Positions 7,932-17,256 of a stretch of DNA of 64,000 bases are shown here, in pieces. The translations under genes and the position numbers were made by a program. The notes beneath the pieces were generated by a model, which ran no database searches, had not been told where the DNA came from, and was given only the letters and a program-made list of their open reading frames with translations. Positions within the stretch are counted from its first letter, which is position 1; every line of letters begins with the position of its first letter. Location of the stretch: the NCBI GenBank assembly GCA_030610855.1, contig JAUWQY010000004.1, positions 9,382-73,381 on the forward strand, read 5' to 3'. Origin of the DNA: Dehalococcoidia bacterium. Its GTDB lineage: Bacteria; Chloroflexota; Dehalococcoidia; GIF9; AB-539-J10.

Positions 7932-9731
7932 TCATGAACCGATGTAGAACCCTTCAGGATCGAATAGCCTCAACAAAGTCAACTCGTCTGTGGCTATCGG
8001 CTCGGCCTTCGTCAAAGTCCGTGCCACCTCCAATTCCCAGCCGACCCTCTCCCTTATGTTGGCTATGGCTTCTTCTGCTGTCTGTTCGGGACGGGCCGGA
8101 ATGTAGGCCGTCAGGGCAAACGTCTCTCCCCCGCCGAGCTTCTCGAAGACCCCGACATCCGTAACTACCGTCGTTACTCTATTCCCGGGAAACGTGATGT
8201 AGGGCACCTTTTCCACCAGCCTCTGCTTCCCTGAGTTGACTACTACTACCGTCTCTCTGTTACCACTAGCGATATCGTTGGCTCCTCCGGAGCCGACAAG
8301 ATACGCCAGACCCGGTATTTTCGTAGAGTTGACATTTCCACGTCTATCTATCTGCCCTGCTGCCAAAACCCCCAGGCACTGGTTTGAAGAGCCACCGACG
8401 AAGACTCCGAGCAGAGTTTCGATGTTGTTCAGTATTTTGCAGGTCGGCATGTTGTGCTGACTGAATATGAACGGATCCGAGGCTCTGGGCAGGTAACCGT
8501 ACATGCCTATCTCGGCCATCAAATCGACGTCACAGCCCCTTCCCTTAAGCCTGTATGCTGTCAGCCACGCCGCCAGGTTTGACAGTCCCACACCGGCCAG
8601 TATCGTCTTGTATCCTCCGGCAATGAATTTGCACTCTATGACCTGCGAAGCAGCAATCACCATCTTCTCTGCTGAGTTCGGTTCCCTCTCAGAATCCAAC
8701 TTCTTTATCCCGGCCAATGCCATATCTTTCCACGACTCCGAATGAGCCTTCCCCTTAAGGTAAAGAAGCCTCTCGCTACCGAGTTGCGATAGGTACTCAT
8801 GGTGGTCTCTGCAACCCAGAATCCAGCCCTCTATCCACTTCGAGAATTTCTCGGCATCCCTTGAAGCTTCCGTGACATCAATGATGAACTCGTAGTCCTC
8901 GAAATAGTGCTCGAAGTCAGGCAATCCGCAGTTTGTCATTCCGATGGGATGGGCCCCATAGGGCACTTCACAAACGGCCCTGACCATGTAAGCAGGAATG
9001 CGGACAAGGTGAGAGTGTCTGCGTATGTACTCAGTAGAAACGACCTTCTCCACACTGACGATAACTCCTTGTTTAGCTCCCCAAGCCCCAAAGACATCAG
9101 CCCCCAGGGGGTATGTCATGATCGTGTTTCCACAGCGGTCCGCACAAACGCCATGAACCAGTGCCATATCAGGCCTGAGCGCCTTCATAAGCCCTATCTT
9201 CTCGCCAGGGGCGAACGGGTCATCGACGACCGCAAATGACTCCTTATTCTCTTCTTCCATAGAGCTTCCCATAATTGACCGGGTAGGGATTACGCTCCAT
9301 CCCATCGCTCCCGCCAGCAGTCTCTGGGGGATGGTGAGCATCGTCCAGTTCTCGAACTCCACTTCACCCGAGAGGTATGCCTTGTGAGCCAGAGGATTCG
9401 GTCCTGGCGATGGATATGTGTCGCCGATGAAACTGGCTATGATCTTCCTTGCCAGCCTTCCATGAATGAGAGATATCATGGTGGCTGTGATGCCATTGTT
9501 TATGATGGTGAACTCCGGATCCTGACCCCAGAACTCCCTCACAAGCTGGTAGAACAGAGCTCCGCCTCTTCCGCCGAAATTGAGGGACATCCCTTTCCTG
9601 ATATGCTCTCTTATAGCTTCACCAAGGGAGCAAACCTTGTCCTCTCCTTCAACCAGGGGAAGTCGAAACTTCGAGTCTATGAAAGCTCTCAAATCTTCTG
9701 CGTTCACTAGCATCCTTTTGTGTCGACCCAT
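7932..9731 (-). CDS. fused class I CoA-transferase (glutaconate CoA-transferase A- and B-subunit-like halves)
   Basis: The 599-aa protein has an N-terminal half resembling GctA/AtoD-type subunit A. The C-terminal half resembles subunit B and carries a catalytic-Glu-like segment (LMAEIGMYGY) and GSGGANDIA. Confidence 0.75.
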   Translation of the reverse strand: MGRHKRMLVNAEDLRAFIDSKFRLPLVEGEDKVCSLGEAIREHIRKGMSLNFGGRGGALFYQLVREFWGQDPEFTIINNGITATMISLIHGRLARKIIASFIGDTYPSPGPNPLAHKAYLSGEVEFENWTMLTIPQRLLAGAMGWSVIPTRSIMGSSMEEENKESFAVVDDPFAPGEKIGLMKALRPDMALVHGVCADRCGNTIMTYPLGADVFGAWGAKQGVIVSVEKVVSTEYIRRHSHLVRIPAYMVRAVCEVPYGAHPIGMTNCGLPDFEHYFEDYEFIIDVTEASRDAEKFSKWIEGWILGCRDHHEYLSQLGSERLLYLKGKAHSESWKDMALAGIKKLDSEREPNSAEKMVIAASQVIECKFIAGGYKTILAGVGLSNLAAWLTAYRLKGRGCDVDLMAEIGMYGYLPRASDPFIFSQHNMPTCKILNNIETLLGVFVGGSSNQCLGVLAAGQIDRRGNVNSTKIPGLAYLVGSGGANDIASGNRETVVVVNSGKQRLVEKVPYITFPGNRVTTVVTDVGVFEKLGGGETFALTAYIPARPEQTAEEAIANIRERVGWELEVARTLTKAEPIATDELTLLRLFDPEGFYIGS

Positions 9732-10050
9732 TCCGTCAAAGCATCTGCCGACCTACTCCTCAACCGAAACACGAGTGTTTGAGTAACATCCAGTCTTCGT
9801 GCTCTGACTGGCACGGATTAGCAGGCTCATTATAGAGTCTCCGGCTATCGATAGGCAACGGTTAGCTATGCATTGTTCCCAATCCCAGAAGCAACCCCTG
9901 AAGTCCTGTCAGCTCCGCCAGATGATGCCATGGTCTCCTTTGCCAAGACCACGGAAACAGCCCGTCCGATAAGTTGAAACTTGTCTGCGCGTCGACGTTG
10001 CCAGGCAATGAGTTCGTCTCCAGTTCTGTGTAGCCTGTGGGGAAGCACAG

Positions 10051-10077
10051 TTAACAGATTGTCTGAACTGCTAGAAT
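10051..10077 (+). promoter_or_regulatory. candidate extended -10 promoter giving a leaderless radical-SAM mRNA
   Basis: TGcTAGAAT lies at 10069-10077 and ATG at 10084, with no SD. The -35-like TTAACA has only a 15-nt spacer. Confidence 0.35.
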
Positions 10078-10083
10078 AGAAAC

Positions 10084-11244
10084 ATGGCTGTGAAACTAAT
10101 AGCCAGGAAAGGCTCCACTTTCCATGATTTCCCCTACTCCCATCCAGAGCGGAAGTGCTTCCATTGCTGGATCATCAATGTCACTCCCTCGGGCCCAAAA
10201 CAATGTCTTCATGATTGTATCTACTGCTATGCCAAGGAAGCGATATACTCTAACTACTGCGAGGATACTCTGGTCTATAGCAACCTGCCCGAGTTAGTGG
10301 AAAGGGATCTCAGAAAGCTGACCCTGTGCCCGCCCATTCTGCTGTCCGCTATCTCTGACCCCTGTCAGGACATACCTGCATTGAAGAAAGAGGTCACAAG
10401 ACTGGTACAGCTTCTTATGGATTACGGCGTCTCGTTCTTCGTCACCACTAAGGGCGACCCCTCATTTCTCCTGGAAGTGCCCCGCTTCGCTCAGTACAAG
10501 CCGAAGTTCATATCTATAACCATTGAGGGCACCTCAGAGGTGCTCGAGCTTCTGTCACCAGGAGCACCTCCATTCGATGCCAGGGTAGCCGCTGTCGGCA
10601 AGTTATCCGACATCGGCATAGACACTGTCATTCGTTTCGACCCTGTATTCGTCCATTTGTTGTACGCCCTTTACGGCGGTTCCTGGCTTGACAGAATAGC
10701 AGCATTGCTTGATATCTTCGCATCCGTTGGAGCCAAGCACATAATTGCCAGCACTGGAAGACTAAACCAGACGCGTCCTTCGTTGACCGACCATGAAGGG
10801 AGGAGTACATGGCAACGAGTATACAGAGCTATCCGCAGTCAGTCGCCACTAGCAGCCGAGAGGTTCGAGCAGGACTATGTCTACGAGGCGCACTGGGCGG
10901 GTCGAGGCTATCGCCTGCGCAGCGATCTGAGGCTACGCTTCCACCATGAAGTGAGGAAACTGGTCGAAGCCAGGGGAATGACCTACGCTTCCTGTCAGGA
11001 AGTCGCCGCTGCGGAAAGCGATTCCCGGGGCATTCCGCACTGCGAGGGGCTGCCACTGCCGTTTGCACAAAAGCAAGCCAATGGTAGATTCAAGCCGATT
11101 CCGGGTTGCACTGCTAACTGTCATGTCTCTTGCAGGGAGTTATCCAACCCGAATTGCGGCCAGGCTGCATTGATAAGCCCCGCGCCACTGCGTCTCAGAC
11201 AGCTATGCTTCGCACCTAGACAATCCTTTTCGGCGGACCGATGA
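10084..11244 (+). CDS. radical SAM protein (SPL/DNA-photolyase-like family)
   Basis: A CxxxCxxC motif (CLHDCIYCYAKE) sits near the N-terminus and the protein has TIM-barrel-length. There is no SD, and a TGcTAGAAT element ends 6 nt before the ATG. Confidence 0.75.
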   Translation: MAVKLIARKGSTFHDFPYSHPERKCFHCWIINVTPSGPKQCLHDCIYCYAKEAIYSNYCEDTLVYSNLPELVERDLRKLTLCPPILLSAISDPCQDIPALKKEVTRLVQLLMDYGVSFFVTTKGDPSFLLEVPRFAQYKPKFISITIEGTSEVLELLSPGAPPFDARVAAVGKLSDIGIDTVIRFDPVFVHLLYALYGGSWLDRIAALLDIFASVGAKHIIASTGRLNQTRPSLTDHEGRSTWQRVYRAIRSQSPLAAERFEQDYVYEAHWAGRGYRLRSDLRLRFHHEVRKLVEARGMTYASCQEVAAAESDSRGIPHCEGLPLPFAQKQANGRFKPIPGCTANCHVSCRELSNPNCGQAALISPAPLRLRQLCFAPRQSFSADR

Positions 11245-11252
11245 TGAACTGA

Positions 11253-11855
11253 TTATAGCTTGATTCGTCTGTTATTCCTGGGAGGTATGTAGAATTCGAA
11301 GAGCAAATCTATAGTCCTTTTGCTGAGGTCTGCTTCATGCTCTCTCAGTAATGTCTGTGTGGCGTGAACTCGCTGAGCAATAGTGTCCAACTCTCTTCTG
11401 TTTAGCTCAGCTTTTTCCGCAAGCCCTAGTATATGCTCCAGGTCATGAACTCGCTGGCTAAGCACTTCCTGTTCCTCTTCTATCATATCCACCTGTGCAT
11501 TGCTTGACCTTTCGTATCCTGTGACCTGCCTCATTGCCTGGCGGATGGTCTTCTTCCGTCTATCCAGGCTGGCTATCTGCCTTTTGATGATCGATCGCCT
11601 CTCTTTGTTCTTTTTCAGTTGCCTTGCCAGACTTCCGAGTTCCCACTCCTGTCTGTCTATGTCACTAAGCTCGGCAGAGAGGCTAGCTAATCTACCGCGG
11701 TACTTCTCTTTGAGAAGCAACTGCAACTTCGCCAACCGATCAAGCCGTCTTCGTAAGAACGCTATGTCACTATGCGCTTCCTGAATCCTGGCTGAGAATC
11801 CGTCCTGCTCGGCGAGAACCGACCCCTGTTTTATTGTCCCTTCAATCGCTTCCAT
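11253..11855 (-). CDS. coiled-coil hypothetical protein
   Basis: This 200-aa protein is highly charged and heptad-like (RRLDRLAKLQLLLKEKYRGRLASLSAELSDIDRQEWEL...). I recognised no enzymatic motif. Confidence 0.55.
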   Translation of the reverse strand: MEAIEGTIKQGSVLAEQDGFSARIQEAHSDIAFLRRRLDRLAKLQLLLKEKYRGRLASLSAELSDIDRQEWELGSLARQLKKNKERRSIIKRQIASLDRRKKTIRQAMRQVTGYERSSNAQVDMIEEEQEVLSQRVHDLEHILGLAEKAELNRRELDTIAQRVHATQTLLREHEADLSKRTIDLLFEFYIPPRNNRRIKL

Positions 11856-11943
11856 GCTCTGATTCCCGGAAACCTACAGCGTCATTATAGTATCTCCGGG
11901 CACGCATAAGCAATGGCGGCGCTTGACATTCCGGAGACAAAGC

Positions 11944-12267
11944 CTAGTGATTTATCAGCTCCACTACGGTGACGCCATAGTCTCCTTCGCCATAATCACC
12001 GAGGCGATAGGATTTTACCAGAGGATGCTTGGCCAGAAAGTCATGTACTGCGCAACGTAATCTTCCCGTTCCCTTGCCGTGCACAATACGCACGCAGGAC
12101 AGGCCAGCCATAAAGGCATCGCTCAGATATTGGTCAAGCCGGCACACTGCTTCATCAACGGTAAGACGGCGCAGACGTATTTCTCTATCTACTGCTTTCA
12201 TCGCCCCTGGTGAACTCCAGACGAACGATCGCCCTGCTATCCTCAGTGACCCTGACTCTATCGTCAA
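11944..12267 (-). CDS. Smr (small MutS-related) domain protein
   Basis: Smr signatures are present (LTVDEAVCRLDQYL and RIVHGKGTGRLR). The listed start overlaps tilS by 83 nt; an internal ATG at 12201 (MKAVDREI) is a likely alternative start. Confidence 0.8.
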   Translation of the reverse strand: MTIESGSLRIAGRSFVWSSPGAMKAVDREIRLRRLTVDEAVCRLDQYLSDAFMAGLSCVRIVHGKGTGRLRCAVHDFLAKHPLVKSYRLGDYGEGDYGVTVVELINH

Positions 12268-13717
12268 TGCGCCAGCCTACTACCCAGATGATCTGCTGAG
12301 GGGAACACACTATCGGGATATGACTTCGCCACACACGAGGTATCTTGGCATCAACCATGAAATCCTGGAGCTTCTTATCCATACTCATGCCCAGGGGCCG
12401 AAATCTATCCCCGCGCCGCCGCGCCCGAACAAAGAGCTCGCTCCCTGTTCTCTGTAAATCCAAATCGGCGACACATCTGCCTTGATGAATCCCATCTCTT
12501 GTGCTCGGGACACCTTGTAACGGCAGGGAGTGTGATTGCTCGCAGATTATGCTGGCTCTCACTCTCCATCCAGGCATAATGCTCTCCCCGGGTACTTGTA
12601 ATGGAAACTCGCCCCGCAATGGGGGAAAGGGGCATGATGACGCAGGCTGATACTGTTTTGTCCCGTTCGCGGTAACGGGCAGGAGCTTTGCAATGACCAG
12701 CTCATCATATTCCCCATGGCAGATGAGTCCCCGGGGCAGAGATAGCCTCTTCCCCACCGGTTTGCCCAGCAGGTCACGCATGGCTTCAATGTGACCCACC
12801 TCGACATCTCTAGTATCCCCGATTAGCCTGGCCACAGCGGCTCGCAGTAGTCGCCTTTGTAGAGCTATGGGCAAGTTAGCAGTCTGCTTCCTATCAAGAT
12901 GAATGGCATCATTCCCCTGGCTAGCCACCTCATTCCACAACCCGGAAGTGTGCTGTTCAATGAAAGCACTGTCTTCCCTAGCGATATCGGCCAGACGAAG
13001 CAGGGCCTGGTCAACGCTCGGATTATATTGTCGCAGCACAGGTAACAAGTGGAGGCGTAGGCGATTTCGAAAGAAGGAAAGCGAGAGATTGGAGGAATCA
13101 ACACGCGGGTTCAGTCGCTGCCTCTGGCAGTAAGCCGTTGTTTCCTCTCTCGTAACATCCAGAAGCGGTCTGATGACCTGAAGGTCGCTTCGCATCGCTC
13201 CCGATGACACTCCCCGCCAGACATGCAGAATGGGTAGGCAAGGAATCAGGCCGCACAACCCGCTGATTCCTGTTCCTCGCAATATATGCATCAAAATGGT
13301 TTCCACCTGGTCATCCCTTGTATGACCTATGGCTATTCGGTTGGCTCCAACATCTGTAGCTACCCTGGCAAGAAACCCATAGCGTAGTTCACGGGCGGCC
13401 TCCTCAAGGGAGCAGCCTCTTTCGGTCCTGTGGACAGCTACGTCCTGCCTATCAATGGTGATGGGAATGCCCAGTGACCCAGCCAGGTCGAACGCGTATT
13501 TGGCATCAATTTCGGATTCAGCTCCCCGAAGTTGATGATTGAGATGAGCTGCATGAAGACTAATCCCTGATACGTTCTGCCGTTTTGCCAGGATGTGAAG
13601 CAAACATACTGAATCAGCGCCGCCTGATACTGCGACAACTACTTTGTCCCCGGGCAAAATCAGGCTATGCCGCTGAATAGAATCAATGACCTTCGTCTCT
13701 GTCTCGGTCTTACTCAT
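12185..13717 (-). CDS. tilS: tRNA(Ile)-lysidine synthase
   Basis: The N-terminal PP-loop is VVVAVSGGADSVCLLH. The architecture has the TilS substrate-binding and C-terminal domains (GDRFRPLGM...KLQDFMVDAKIP). Confidence 0.9.
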   Translation of the reverse strand: MSKTETETKVIDSIQRHSLILPGDKVVVAVSGGADSVCLLHILAKRQNVSGISLHAAHLNHQLRGAESEIDAKYAFDLAGSLGIPITIDRQDVAVHRTERGCSLEEAARELRYGFLARVATDVGANRIAIGHTRDDQVETILMHILRGTGISGLCGLIPCLPILHVWRGVSSGAMRSDLQVIRPLLDVTREETTAYCQRQRLNPRVDSSNLSLSFFRNRLRLHLLPVLRQYNPSVDQALLRLADIAREDSAFIEQHTSGLWNEVASQGNDAIHLDRKQTANLPIALQRRLLRAAVARLIGDTRDVEVGHIEAMRDLLGKPVGKRLSLPRGLICHGEYDELVIAKLLPVTANGTKQYQPASSCPFPPLRGEFPLQVPGESIMPGWRVRASIICEQSHSLPLQGVPSTRDGIHQGRCVADLDLQRTGSELFVRARRRGDRFRPLGMSMDKKLQDFMVDAKIPRVWRSHIPIVCSPQQIIWVVGWRIDDRVRVTEDSRAIVRLEFTRGDESSR

Positions 13718-13754
13718 CAGGATTGCCCCGTCGGCCTGCTCTTCGCAGTTGACA

Positions 13755-14375
13755 CTAATATGAAGTATCGTTGAACGTCAGCAGGCGGGTTCCGTAATCG
13801 TTGAACTCAAGAATGCTTACCCCGCCAAGGTCTACCCTGAATTTAGTGAAGCAGTCCGGAGGCAGATCCAGAGCTTTGAGAATGATGGCTAAGGTCACGA
13901 AGAAATGGCTTACTACTACCACCGCAATCTGGTCGTTGTGCCCGTGACTGGCTTCATGCCTTCTCACCAGACCTTCAATAACCTTCCATGCCCTCTGCTG
14001 CAATTCGACAAGGGTTTCTCCATCGGGCGATTCCCTCGCCCCCCTCTGTTGCCACCACTGCATCAAGAACTGGCTGAACGTAGTGCTCAGATTGGGAAGA
14101 GACATACCTTCCAGTTCACCCACTCCGATCTCTCTGAGCTCCTGGTCGACTTCCACAGGCAATCGGTGATGCTTGGCTATGGCTTCAGCTGTAGCTATAG
14201 CTCTCTGCATAGGACTAGCGTGTATGGCAATGACGTTCTCCTTCTTAAGGAAAGCTCCCAGCTTCCTCGCCTGCTCAAATCCGGTCTCATTCAGTCCGAT
14301 GTCGCTATCACCTCCCTGCACACGTCTCTCCTTGTTCCAGCTAGTTTCGCCATGCCTGACCAAGATAAGCCTCAA
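13755..14375 (-). CDS. histidine phosphatase family protein (phosphoglycerate-mutase-like)
   Basis: The RHGETSWN catalytic motif is at the N-terminus, and a second His lies in VVVSHFFV. Confidence 0.85.
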   Translation of the reverse strand: MRLILVRHGETSWNKERRVQGGDSDIGLNETGFEQARKLGAFLKKENVIAIHASPMQRAIATAEAIAKHHRLPVEVDQELREIGVGELEGMSLPNLSTTFSQFLMQWWQQRGARESPDGETLVELQQRAWKVIEGLVRRHEASHGHNDQIAVVVVSHFFVTLAIILKALDLPPDCFTKFRVDLGGVSILEFNDYGTRLLTFNDTSY

Positions 14376-14478
14376 GAAGCCTCCTTAGATTGCTTCGTCA
14401 CGACAGGTTGGAAATCGCGAAGACAGATGTAATGATGAGTCATTTTCGCCCCGTCACTGCGGGTGGGATGGAACAGAC

Positions 14479-15753
14479 TCACGATGAGGGAACTCTCTTC
14501 TCCCTCGTCAGGATAACCTTAGCTATTTTCATTCCGCGCATTTCAGTGACAACGAACTTCAGATTCTGGAATTTGAACTGCTCCCCCTGCTTCGGTATCC
14601 GGCCGAGGCGGCTCAGAATGAAGCCGGCCACTGTCTCGTAATCACCGCTCGGCAAATCCAGCCCCAGTTCCTCATTAGCATCGTCGACCCTATATCCTCC
14701 CTCCAATTCGAAGGTACTGTCGCCAGTCACTATGAAGTCCTTTTCATCACCCGTCAGTTCATCATGAATATCGCCAACGATCTCCTCAGTCAGTTGTCCC
14801 AGGGTAACCATTCCGGCCATGCCACCAAACTCGTCCACGACGATTGCTGCATGATGACCACCGTCTCGCATCTCAGCCAGGAGTTCGCCCAGGCGTTTGC
14901 CTTCAGGCACGAAATAGGCAGACCGCACCAAATCGTCGATGACGTCTTCTCTGCTGGCCGTCTCATCGGTCAGCTTCATCAGCACATCCTTGGCATGCAA
15001 TATACCTACCACATTGTCGGTGTTTTCCTTATACACGGGAAACCGGCTGTAGTGTTCTTCGCCATAGACATTCAGGAAGTCACCTAGCTTCGTTCCTTGT
15101 GCCACCCACGTGATTTCCGTTCTGGGGACCATTATCTTGCTCACCGGCCGGTCGGTGAATTCAAACACCTTATGCAGTATCTTTGCTTCATCTTCATCTA
15201 CGACACCCTCGCTTTCGCCGACATTTATGGCAGAACGTATCTCATCCTCACTGACCAGTTTCTTATCCTCATCGGACACATTAACCATCCTGGCAACACT
15301 GAACCCGATTCGATCCAGTGCCAGGACAAAGGGATAAAAGCACAATTCTGTTATCCTTAGCGGGTTAACGTACGCCAGAGATAGCCGCTGAGCATGATGC
15401 ATGGCCAGGGTTTTGGGGATAACCTCTCCAAAGACCAGAACCAGAGCTGTCACTCCGAGGGTGGCTATGATCGGTCCTCTCACGGGGCCGAAAGTGGCCA
15501 CAGCCATGATCGTCCCCAATGTGGCGGCAGCTACATTTGCCAGATTATTGCCTAGCAACACCGTAGCCAGAACCCTCTCGGGCTTTTCAGCGACTTTCGC
15601 CAGCTTTCCTGCTCCCTTAACGCCACTCTCCACCAGATATCTCAGGCGGAGCTTGGGCAGAGCGATAAAAGCTGCCTCAGCGCTGGAGAAAAAAGCTGAC
15701 AGAGCCAAGCAAACCAGAAAGGCTGCTAGAAGCCAACTATCGGCGGTCTCCAC
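14479..15753 (-). CDS. CNNM/DUF21-CBS-CorC family protein (hemolysin-like, putative Mg/Co efflux)
   Basis: The protein has an N-terminal four-helix DUF21 membrane domain, a CBS pair and a C-terminal CorC_HlyC-like domain (GDSTFELEG...FQNLKFVVTEMRGMKIAKV). Confidence 0.85.
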   Translation of the reverse strand: METADSWLLAAFLVCLALSAFFSSAEAAFIALPKLRLRYLVESGVKGAGKLAKVAEKPERVLATVLLGNNLANVAAATLGTIMAVATFGPVRGPIIATLGVTALVLVFGEVIPKTLAMHHAQRLSLAYVNPLRITELCFYPFVLALDRIGFSVARMVNVSDEDKKLVSEDEIRSAINVGESEGVVDEDEAKILHKVFEFTDRPVSKIMVPRTEITWVAQGTKLGDFLNVYGEEHYSRFPVYKENTDNVVGILHAKDVLMKLTDETASREDVIDDLVRSAYFVPEGKRLGELLAEMRDGGHHAAIVVDEFGGMAGMVTLGQLTEEIVGDIHDELTGDEKDFIVTGDSTFELEGGYRVDDANEELGLDLPSGDYETVAGFILSRLGRIPKQGEQFKFQNLKFVVTEMRGMKIAKVILTREKRVPSS

Positions 15754-15839
15754 TTCTTACCGCCCCCTAGGTCCCCTCTCCAACCAGATTAACCATCCTA
15801 TAACAATCAGTTGCGGCTGAAACACACTCTGCAAAAGCT

Positions 15840-15868
15840 ATGATAGCATCGGCTCACAGACCTGTCAA
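15840..15868 (-). promoter_or_regulatory. sigma70-type promoter of the CNNM/CorC gene (TTGACA-N17-TATCAT on minus strand)
   Basis: The reverse complement of 15840-15868 reads TTGACAggtctgtgagccgatgcTATCAT. Confidence 0.55.
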
Positions 15869-15988
15869 AGCGAACTCCGTTATGTTGTTCCACAACCTAT
15901 TCGTTCTCATCGTTCGACTGAACTCACGCAGAAGTCCTGTAGAAGGACAATAGAACTCAGTGCTGGCCCCTCTATGCCGTTGCGGCAA

Positions 15989-17239
15989 CTACGGTACTCT
16001 CAGATAGGGCTCCAGTACTTCGGGAACCAGCACCGTGCCATCCGCTTGCTGGTAGTTCTCAAGCACTGCGATAAGTACTCGCGGCAGAGCCAGTCCTGAC
16101 CCATTGAGCGTGTGAACAAACTGTGTTTTGGCACCGACCCCAGGACGATAGCGGATGTCTGCTCTCCTCGCCTGAAAGTCACCACAATTGCTGCACGAAC
16201 TGACCTCCAGCCATTCAGCACAGCCGGGAGCCCACATCTCGATATCATATGTTTTGCAGGCAGCAAAGCCGAGCTCCCCACTGCACAACTGAGTCACCCG
16301 GTAAGGTATGGCTAGCTTACGGCCTATGGATTCGGCATCAGCTACCAGTCTCTCTAGCTCCTGATCGGAGCTTTCCGCATCAGTAAACTTGTAGAGCTCT
16401 ACCTTATCAAACTGGTGTCCCCGCTTAATGCCCCTCGTGTCCGTCCCGGCAGACATCTTTTCCCGACGAAAGCAGGGAGTATAGGCAACATAACTCAGGG
16501 GCAAGCTGTCTGCGCTCAGTATTTCGCCGCGGTGCAGATTGGTCAACGGTACCTCCGCTGTTGGTATGAACCAAAAATCATCCTCCGCATCATGATACAG
16601 ATTCTCGGCGAACTTCGGTAGATGTCCTGAGCTCTCCATACACTCTCGCTTCACCATCGAAGGAAGATAGATCTCCTTATAGCCATGCTCATTCACATGT
16701 ACATCGAGCATGAACGAGATAAGCGCTCGCTGAAGACGTGCGCCCAGCCCTTTGAGGACATAGAACCTGGTTCCTGAGAGCTTCACGCCCCGCTGAAAAT
16801 CTAATATGCCGAGCTTTTCCCCCAATTCCCAGTGAGGCAATGGCTTGAATGGTAGTTCCTTTGGCTTGCCCCAGGCACGCACTACGACATTATCACTCTC
16901 GCTCTTCCCTTCAGGCACGCTAGGGTGCGGTATGTTGGGCAATTCCAGCAACAAGCAATCGACGCTAGCTTTAGTTTCTTTCGTTTGCTGTTGCAGGGAC
17001 GATATCTGTTCTCCCAGTTGCCGCATCTGCGCTATGAATTGAGGCGATCTTTCCTTGCTCTTGGCCAGTTGTTTGCTTGCCTCGTTATGCTTGGCGCGGA
17101 GCTCCTCGGTCCGACGGAGCAAGTTACGATAACGCGCGTCAATCTCAAGGATCTCATCCAGAACGAAGGCATCACCTCTCTTCTCCAATCCCTGGCGAAC
17201 TAGTTCAGGATTCTCACGGATAAGCCTGATATCAATCAT
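15989..17239 (-). CDS. serS: serine--tRNA ligase
   Basis: The protein has an N-terminal coiled-coil arm. Class II motifs are present (CFRREKMSAGTDTRGIKRGHQFDKVE and LNGSGLALPRVLIAVLENY). I prefer the ATG at 17239 (MIDIRLIRENP, SD GGAGAAGGAA) over the ORF-track start at 17260. Confidence 0.93.
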   Translation of the reverse strand: MIDIRLIRENPELVRQGLEKRGDAFVLDEILEIDARYRNLLRRTEELRAKHNEASKQLAKSKERSPQFIAQMRQLGEQISSLQQQTKETKASVDCLLLELPNIPHPSVPEGKSESDNVVVRAWGKPKELPFKPLPHWELGEKLGILDFQRGVKLSGTRFYVLKGLGARLQRALISFMLDVHVNEHGYKEIYLPSMVKRECMESSGHLPKFAENLYHDAEDDFWFIPTAEVPLTNLHRGEILSADSLPLSYVAYTPCFRREKMSAGTDTRGIKRGHQFDKVELYKFTDAESSDQELERLVADAESIGRKLAIPYRVTQLCSGELGFAACKTYDIEMWAPGCAEWLEVSSCSNCGDFQARRADIRYRPGVGAKTQFVHTLNGSGLALPRVLIAVLENYQQADGTVLVPEVLEPYLRVP

Positions 17240-17256
17240 CGGTTCCTTCTCCCCGA

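Noticed and set aside
9866-10048. 60-aa minus-strand ORF in the divergent spacer between the CoA-transferase and radical SAM genes
   Set aside because: It has no SD and no motif, and the region is better explained as divergent promoter DNA.
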